This document shows positions 57,717 through 64,000 of a stretch of DNA of 64,000 nt, one piece after another. The translations under genes and the position numbers were made by a program. The stretch is from Craspedostauros australis. Lineage: Eukaryota. Under the pieces are notes generated by a model. It worked only from the letters and a program-made list of their open reading frames with translations. It was not told the DNA's origin and did no database searches. The stretch is from assembly GCA_030167865.1 (NCBI GenBank), contig JALAGF010000066.1, positions 1 to 64,000 of the forward strand. Direction: 5' to 3'. The first letter of the stretch is position 1; each line of letters begins with the position of its first letter.

Positions 57717-60479
57717 TTAGAATGCTCCCATGGCCTTGGCGGCGATGGCAACCGCGGCAACGCCGACAGCGACGTACGGTGCACCGATGCGAGAGAAGTA
57801 GATCAGGACGCTGGTCTCGCCGATGCTGTCGACCATGTAGGCGCATCGCCAGGTTCCACCGTGGAAGCCTCCTGACGAGAAGAGCTGGTTGGGGTTGCTG
57901 AGCTTGTTCTTTGGATTGCCACCGCTCTTTGGATCGCTCAAATCGGCAAACAGAATGGCAGACATGACAGCGTTGGAGGTCTCCGGTGCGAAGATCTCGT
58001 AGGGCTTGAAGTACGGCATACCCTCGTAGGCCCATGCGAATGTGCGGTTTTGGACGACGGACTTGGTGGATGTCGATGGAGCAATGTTGGATGACACGAT
58101 GCATCCCTTGCTGTTGGCGATGATGGCTCTCCAGTGTTGCAGACGCTTGGCGAGGATGTAGTTTGGACCCTGCGCGACGCTGACGCCGTCGACGATGTAG
58201 TACTCTGTGCTCTTGGTCTTGTCGGCGACTGGTTTTCTCATATTCTTGCGCAAAAACTTGCCCTGGCTCAACAGATTCATGAAGATGCCTGTAGATTCGA
58301 GTTTGAGTACAAGAAATTGGTGAAATGGAGGAAATCAAATGCGTCATCGTGACACAGGGTTAGTGGGTGGGTGGCGAGGAGCGTGCAAGAGTTCAGACCC
58401 ATCGTGATCCGACGTGCTGAGCCATGCAATCATTGGGGACGACCAACGCATCCATAGTGACATCGATGGTGATATCGCCACAGTCAACTGCAATCGCAAT
58501 ATCAATATCGCATTCACCCCGATCATGCAATCAATCATCGCAGAAATGGAGCGCATTGAGGAACTTACAGAAGAGACGCTTGGAGTAGTCGCTGTAGTTG
58601 GCGTTGGAGGCATCGTAGGCCTCCTTGGGGACCAGGTGGAGATCGGTGGGTGTGCAGAGGTAGGCGAGGCTGGTGCCTGGTCTCTTTTCGCTCAGGTCGC
58701 GTGTGATGGCATCCATGGCCAAGGAGACCTGGACGTGGAGGGCGCCGTTGAGGTAGGCGTAGCTGCCCACGCAGAAAGACTTGCCGGTGTACAAATCCAT
58801 CAACCAGTCGCGGATCATGGGTGTGTGGGTGAAGAGGTTGCACCCGGCGTTGGCGTAAAGCAGCTCGTCGGTGGTGCATTTGGACTGTTCGATCTTCAGT
58901 GGGAAAGTCATAGTACCGGTAGACTTCTTGGCGAGGGTGATGAGACGTTCCCAGATACCGGAACGGTCCAAATCGATAGCAATGACGTTGGCTCCCATGG
59001 CGAGGAGGACATGGAGAGGTCCCATGGCCGAACCAGCTCCAAGCAGAACGAAGTACTTGTCGGAAAGGTCGCACCACTTGCCGTTGTCGACGCAGCCGGT
59101 GATGGCAGCTCCAGCACTTGGCTCGATGGTTCCGTAATCAACCCATTCCTTGACCTGCTTTTTGAGTGCGTCGCCCTTGAGGATGGATCCCTTGTACGGA
59201 ATCTCCAACTCTGACGTCTTCTTGGTGCCTTCACCCTTGACGATGCCGGTGTGGAACTTGGTGGAACTGCGGGATGCCATGGCCTTCTCCAAACTGACGG
59301 AGGATCCATCCGGTGCAACAAACTCGAACAACTCGTACGCCTTGTCGATTCCGGCCTGCGCGATTTTGAGCGCATCCTCTGGCGAGTTGCACTGCTCCTC
59401 GACCAAACCGATGAGGTGCTTGACGTAGGTGAAACGGTATCCTTTCGCGTTGCGGATCTTGTCGGCCTTGTCTGGGTTGACGGCGCCGACGGCCGCAGCC
59501 AAGATTTCCTTGTTGACTGGTGTGGAGGATCGGGTTCCCTTGGCCTCGTCGTCGATTGGGAAGGAGATTCCTCTAGGTGGCGGGGGTGGTCTGGCGAAAC
59601 GCTTCTTGAAGGCGCTCTTGCGATTGCCGACCATGTTCATGATCATGAATGGCGAACCGAAGAAGTAGACGACAGGCAAGAGGGTGGCGTAGACGAAGGA
59701 GGCAGCAGCTTCGCCGAAGAACTCATGGAAGACTGGGTCCTTGGCGGCTGCGAAGAAGACGGAGAGCTCTCCCGTGATGCCGGTCGGGTAAAGCACGGCG
59801 AAGAGAGAGTAGCGAAGCCAGAAGAGGGCGTACGGTGTCTTCTTCGTGGCATCTCCAGTGACGATGGCGGTGGCGTAGAACATGTAGCGGAAGACCTCGA
59901 CGAGCGCCCAGGAAATGATCATGACCCCAGCTCCCCATTGGTCTGCGAATTGAATGTTTGCGTGTGCGTTTGTGCGAACGGAAAGGGCGAAATGCATGAG
60001 TAGAAGACGGGTTGGGTGAGCGTTTTTTAGTCATGACCATCATTATGATTGACAGAGCAATGCAAACAGCAAGGCAAAGACCATCCAGCACCAGCGAAGA
60101 GAACAGCAATGCATGTGAATACTGCAATCATGGCACTCCAGTTGCAATTGCAACAGACGCCCAACTCACTTTGGGCCATGGGAGACTTGACGATGGCAAT
60201 GAGCGCAACGATGCGCGATCCGACCTGCATGGCAGTGACGAGGACGGGGGATCGGACCAAGCCCACTCCTGCATGGAGGATCTCGAGCAAAGCGATGGAT
60301 TGCGACCATGTGAGCAAGGTATCGACATTGTCAACTTGGTAGACGTTGGCCAATGCATCGATCACGCCGACCTCTGGAACTGCCACTGCCAGCGATTGCA
60401 GGGAGAGCAGGAGGACCGAGGTCCATCCGAGGCAGGCGCCCAGGTTGTAAAGGATGAGGTAGATCTCTTTCGGGCCCAT
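57717..60479 (-). CDS. Very-long-chain 3-hydroxyacyl-CoA dehydratase (HACD/PTPLA/Phs1 family) fused to a ~500-aa uncharacterised Rossmann-like domain; 3 exons (60479-60170, 59942-58569, 58288-57717), ~751 aa
   Basis: YLILYN, LEILHAGVGLVRS, QVGSR, SWALVEVFRYMFY and WLRYSLFAVLYPTGITGE (catalytic Y/E motif). The same exon runs on into FVLLGAGSAMGP...GANVIAIDL. Both introns are phase-1 GT-AG. Confidence 0.88.
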
Positions 60480-61200
60480 GTTGGCTGGTTGTGTTGGAGA
60501 TTGTGTTCCTTTGTGCAAACCAACCGTGTGGATTGTCGCATGCAGATCTCCGGCGATGCCTTGACTTTGTGCGAGTGCCACGAGTATTGTGGTGTTGCCG
60601 GTTGCCTCTTGTGTTCGTACCCTCCAGGTGTTGCTCCCACAATTACATGAGATCATTTGTGACGGAGTTTGAGTTCGCAACGATCGTCACAAGGGGGCAG
60701 TGATGGATCCGAGATGAGTTTTTGGTGAGATGTCGATCAACTTGAACGTGAACGCGTGCGTGTTCGTGTCACGATCGTGACTGGATCCTTTATAGAAGTG
60801 CAATCGCCTAAATGTGATAGTAGATTCAAGTTCGATCAAACGAGAAACACGAGCTCCATCAAGAGGTCTCTTTCACCTTCTCTCATGAAACAACAAGACG
60901 ACAACGAAAGACACACGAAAGTGACGAAGGAGGCATTTCTTCTTTCTTCGCCGTCATCGTGGATTTTGGATTTCGCCATCTTGTTGCGTTGCGTGATGGA
61001 TCTCATCTTGTTTCCACAACACCTCTGTCGCTCACATTGTGGCCTCGACCCTTCTTGATTCATCCCAGCCCATCGCTTGTGCCTCCTGCCTCACATCACG
61101 TCACAACTGCTGGATGGACGACAGCCACAAGACCCAAGGGAAAGAAGAAGCAGAAGAAAGAACGCACCACCACGCGCGCAATCAACTGTCCACGCGCACC

Positions 61201-64000
61201 ATGAGATCGCTGGTCATCTTGCTGGTGCTGGCCGTGACCTCCAGCGTGGGGATGGCGGTGGACCAATCCAAGTTCCGCACCTGCGATCAGACCTCCTTCT
61301 GCCGTCGCCACCGCAACCAGAAGTCGCAGGTGCTCTACGACTACGCGGTGGATGCGGACAGCGTCAAGTTCCACCTCCCGTCGCAGTACGCCGAGCTCAT
61401 GGAGGAGGTGCGCGAGAAGGAGAAGGCGGCCGCCAAAGAGCAGAGCGGCGACAACGGAGGCGGCGTCTGGCAATCCCTGCAGAATCGCATCATGGGCGGA
61501 TCCAAGGATGACGACGAGGACGGTGCCAAAGACCCCTACGTGCAAGGACCGCCGCCGACTCTGACTGCCGTCCTGCGCAATGCGGCGCTGGAGACGTCGA
61601 CCGGATCCAAGCATGAGCATCTCGAGTGGTCGGTGCATGCCATGTCGGATGGATTGGTGCGCATGCGCATCACGGAGCCCTACCGATCGGGCGCCAATCC
61701 CTACCGCAAAGCCCGCGTCACGTACGATGAGCTGGTGCTGTCCACGGACACCATGACGTCTGCCGAGCATGCCAAATGGATGCCACCGGGCGACGATCAG
61801 ATCAAGCACCTCGTCGGTGCTGACAAGGTGGACAACTACATGGCATTGCAGTACGGTGACGAGGAGAATGCTCCAGGGATGCTGCTTCTTGTGCGGCTCA
61901 AGCCCTTCGCTGCCTCCCTGTACAGAGAGGCGGACATGGCGGCAGGACCCATCGTGTCGGTAGGGGAAAAGGAGATGTTCCATTTCGAGATCCGTCGGTT
62001 GAAGGACAGTGATGCCGAGACGAATGACGCCCAGGACAATGAAGCCAACGAAGGTGAGGGCCAGGGCGACAACAAAGATCCCGACACTCCGGAAAAGGAG
62101 ATCGTGGGGTACTGGGAGGATGGTCTTGCCATCTACGCGGATGGTACCAGGGAAGAGCGCAAGGTGGACAAGGAGGAGGATGATCATCGCAAGCTGACGC
62201 AGGACTCCAACCAGCGCGACACGGCGGGCATGTGGGAGGAGTCATTCCAGAGCCACCCCGATTCCAAGCCAAATGGCCCCATGAGCGTGGGCATGGACAT
62301 CGCATTCCCTGGTTCCAAACACCTCTTCGGTCTCCCGGAGCATGCCTCCTCCACCAAGCTCAAGACCACGACCGAGGGAGGCGGGGAGTACGGCGATCCA
62401 TACCGCCTGTACAACCTGGATGTGTTCGAGTACGACCTCGATGTCCCGATGGCGCTTTACGGTGCCGTTCCGCTCATCGTCAGCCAAAGCATGGCGACCG
62501 GCACTGCCGGTGCATTCTGGTTCAATCCGTCCGAAACCTTCGTGGACATCATGGACGACCAAGATATCGACGGGCAGACTTCGCACTGGATCAGCGAGAG
62601 CGGAGTCGTGGACTTGTTCCTCATCCCTGGACCGTCACCGGCCGATGTTTATCGCCAGTACGCGAAGCTCACTGGAACCATGCCGCTGCCACCGATGTTC
62701 AGCCTGGGTTATCACCAGTGCAGATGGAACTACAAGGACGAACCAGATGTGTATCACGTGCATGGGCAGTTCGAGAAGCTGGATTACCCGTACGACGTCT
62801 TGTGGCTGGATATCGAGCACACGGACGGCAAACGGTACTTCACATGGGACAAGAACGTCTTCCCCCACCCGAAGGAGATGCAGGAGAAGCTCTGGTCTCA
62901 GGGCCGTCGCATGGTCACCATCATCGACCCGCACGTCAAGCGCGACAACCACTACTACATTCACAAGGAAGCGACCGCGAAGGGCCTGTACATCAAGGAA
63001 GCAGATGGCACGACCGACTTTGATGGCTGGTGCTGGCCTGGTTCGTCGTCGTACTTGGACTTCACGGCCTCGCACGTTCGTTCCTGGTGGGCCGATCAGT
63101 TTGCGTATGACCGGTACGAGGCATCCACGCCGTCTCTGTTCACATGGAACGACATGAACGAGTTCAGCGTCTTCAACGGACCAGAAGTGACGGCGAAGAA
63201 AGACCTCCGCAACTTGCGCGGCGACGAACACCGCGAGTGGCACAACCTGTACGGCATGCTCTTCCACAGATCAACAGGAGAAGGGCAGATTCGGCGCAGC
63301 GATGACACAGCGCGTCCATTCGTGTTGAGCCGATCCTTCTTCGCCGGCAGCCAAAAGTACGGTGCCATTTGGACCGGCGACAATGCGGCGGAGTGGTCGC
63401 ATCTTGAAATCGCATCGCCAATGCTTCTCAGCCTTAACGTCGGATCGTTGTCCTTCGTCGGGGCCGATGTCGGAGGCTTCTTCGGTAACACCGATGCAGA
63501 GCTCATGACGCGATGGATGCAGGCTGGTGCCTACACACCCTTCTTCCGCGGCCACGCTCACCACGATGCCAAGCGTCGGGAACCGTGGATGTTCGGACAA
63601 GAGACCATGGTCCGACTTCGCAAGGCCGCCATGGCGCGCTACGCCTTGCTCCCGTTCTGGTACACCATCTTCTACGAGGCGGGCGTCACAGGCATGCCGG
63701 TGATGAGAACCATGTGGATGCAATATCCCAAGACGGAGGTGCTGTTCGGCACTGACGATCAATATCTCGTCGGATCAGATTTGCTGGTGAAGCCTGTCAC
63801 TGCACCCAGCGTGGTAGAAACCACCGTCAAGTTCCCCAACGATGACAGATGGTACGACGCGGAAAGCTTTGCGCTGATTGCCTCCGGCAAGGGAAAGAAG
63901 CATGGCGTCACGGAGATCACTGTCCCAAGCGACATCAACACCATTCCGGTCTTCCAGCGCGGAGGTTCCATCATCGCTCGCAAGCTGTGGCTCCGCAGAA
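61201..64000 (+). CDS. GANAB: Glucosidase II alpha subunit (GH31), truncated by the window end
   Basis: Signal peptide MRSLVILLVLAVTSSVGMA, VDQSKFRTCDQTSFCRRHR, PYRLYNLDVFEY, LGYHQCRWNY, WLDIEHTDGKRYFTWD, catalytic WNDMNE, WTGDN, GADVGGF. No stop within the window, so it is absent from the ORF track. Confidence 0.95.
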   Translation, partial: MRSLVILLVLAVTSSVGMAVDQSKFRTCDQTSFCRRHRNQKSQVLYDYAVDADSVKFHLPSQYAELMEEVREKEKAAAKEQSGDNGGGVWQSLQNRIMGGSKDDDEDGAKDPYVQGPPPTLTAVLRNAALETSTGSKHEHLEWSVHAMSDGLVRMRITEPYRSGANPYRKARVTYDELVLSTDTMTSAEHAKWMPPGDDQIKHLVGADKVDNYMALQYGDEENAPGMLLLVRLKPFAASLYREADMAAGPIVSVGEKEMFHFEIRRLKDSDAETNDAQDNEANEGEGQGDNKDPDTPEKEIVGYWEDGLAIYADGTREERKVDKEEDDHRKLTQDSNQRDTAGMWEESFQSHPDSKPNGPMSVGMDIAFPGSKHLFGLPEHASSTKLKTTTEGGGEYGDPYRLYNLDVFEYDLDVPMALYGAVPLIVSQSMATGTAGAFWFNPSETFVDIMDDQDIDGQTSHWISESGVVDLFLIPGPSPADVYRQYAKLTGTMPLPPMFSLGYHQCRWNYKDEPDVYHVHGQFEKLDYPYDVLWLDIEHTDGKRYFTWDKNVFPHPKEMQEKLWSQGRRMVTIIDPHVKRDNHYYIHKEATAKGLYIKEADGTTDFDGWCWPGSSSYLDFTASHVRSWWADQFAYDRYEASTPSLFTWNDMNEFSVFNGPEVTAKKDLRNLRGDEHREWHNLYGMLFHRSTGEGQIRRSDDTARPFVLSRSFFAGSQKYGAIWTGDNAAEWSHLEIASPMLLSLNVGSLSFVGADVGGFFGNTDAELMTRWMQAGAYTPFFRGHAHHDAKRREPWMFGQETMVRLRKAAMARYALLPFWYTIFYEAGVTGMPVMRTMWMQYPKTEVLFGTDDQYLVGSDLLVKPVTAPSVVETTVKFPNDDRWYDAESFALIASGKGKKHGVTEITVPSDINTIPVFQRGGSIIARKLWLRR

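Noticed and set aside
1-64000. tRNA, rRNA, snRNA or riboswitch genes
   Set aside because: No convincing cloverleaf, T-loop/D-loop pair or other RNA-family signature was recognised by eye. tRNAscan-SE or Infernal would be needed to exclude them.

Overview
Eukaryotic nuclear DNA, most likely from a diatom: GT-AG introns of about 115-500 bp, bipartite signal-peptide plus 'AF(AP)' plastid-targeting N-termini, RxL-type surface proteins and an Ambal-like LINE. About 20 protein-coding genes could be spliced by hand: a GNAT, mitochondrial ClpX, a DUF4954-like beta-helix protein, EB1, two related type-I surface proteins, a multi-PDZ protein, an APH/ACAD10-like kinase, an MFS transporter, a tandem U-box protein, a SENP/Ulp1 protease, Med21, guanylate kinase, CAF-1 p60, METTL26, a HACD fusion protein and the glucosidase II alpha subunit. 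The centre holds a full-length 8.5-kb non-LTR retrotransposon (33220-41720, minus strand) with a perfect 19-bp target-site duplication and a (TA)n tail. It encodes ORF1 and an APE-RT-RNase H-zinc-knuckle ORF2 broken into three pieces by an ATGA stop/start overlap and an in-frame TAG. The element sits beside a frameshifted, CpG-eroded GST gene. The most notable observations are the possibly recoded LINE, a HACD dehydratase fused to an uncharacterised Rossmann-like domain, a 4-nt microexon in Med21, a PTS1-tagged DUF4954-like protein, and a convergent paralogue pair of RxL surface proteins sharing an intron position. All family assignments come from motif recognition by eye; no searches were run.
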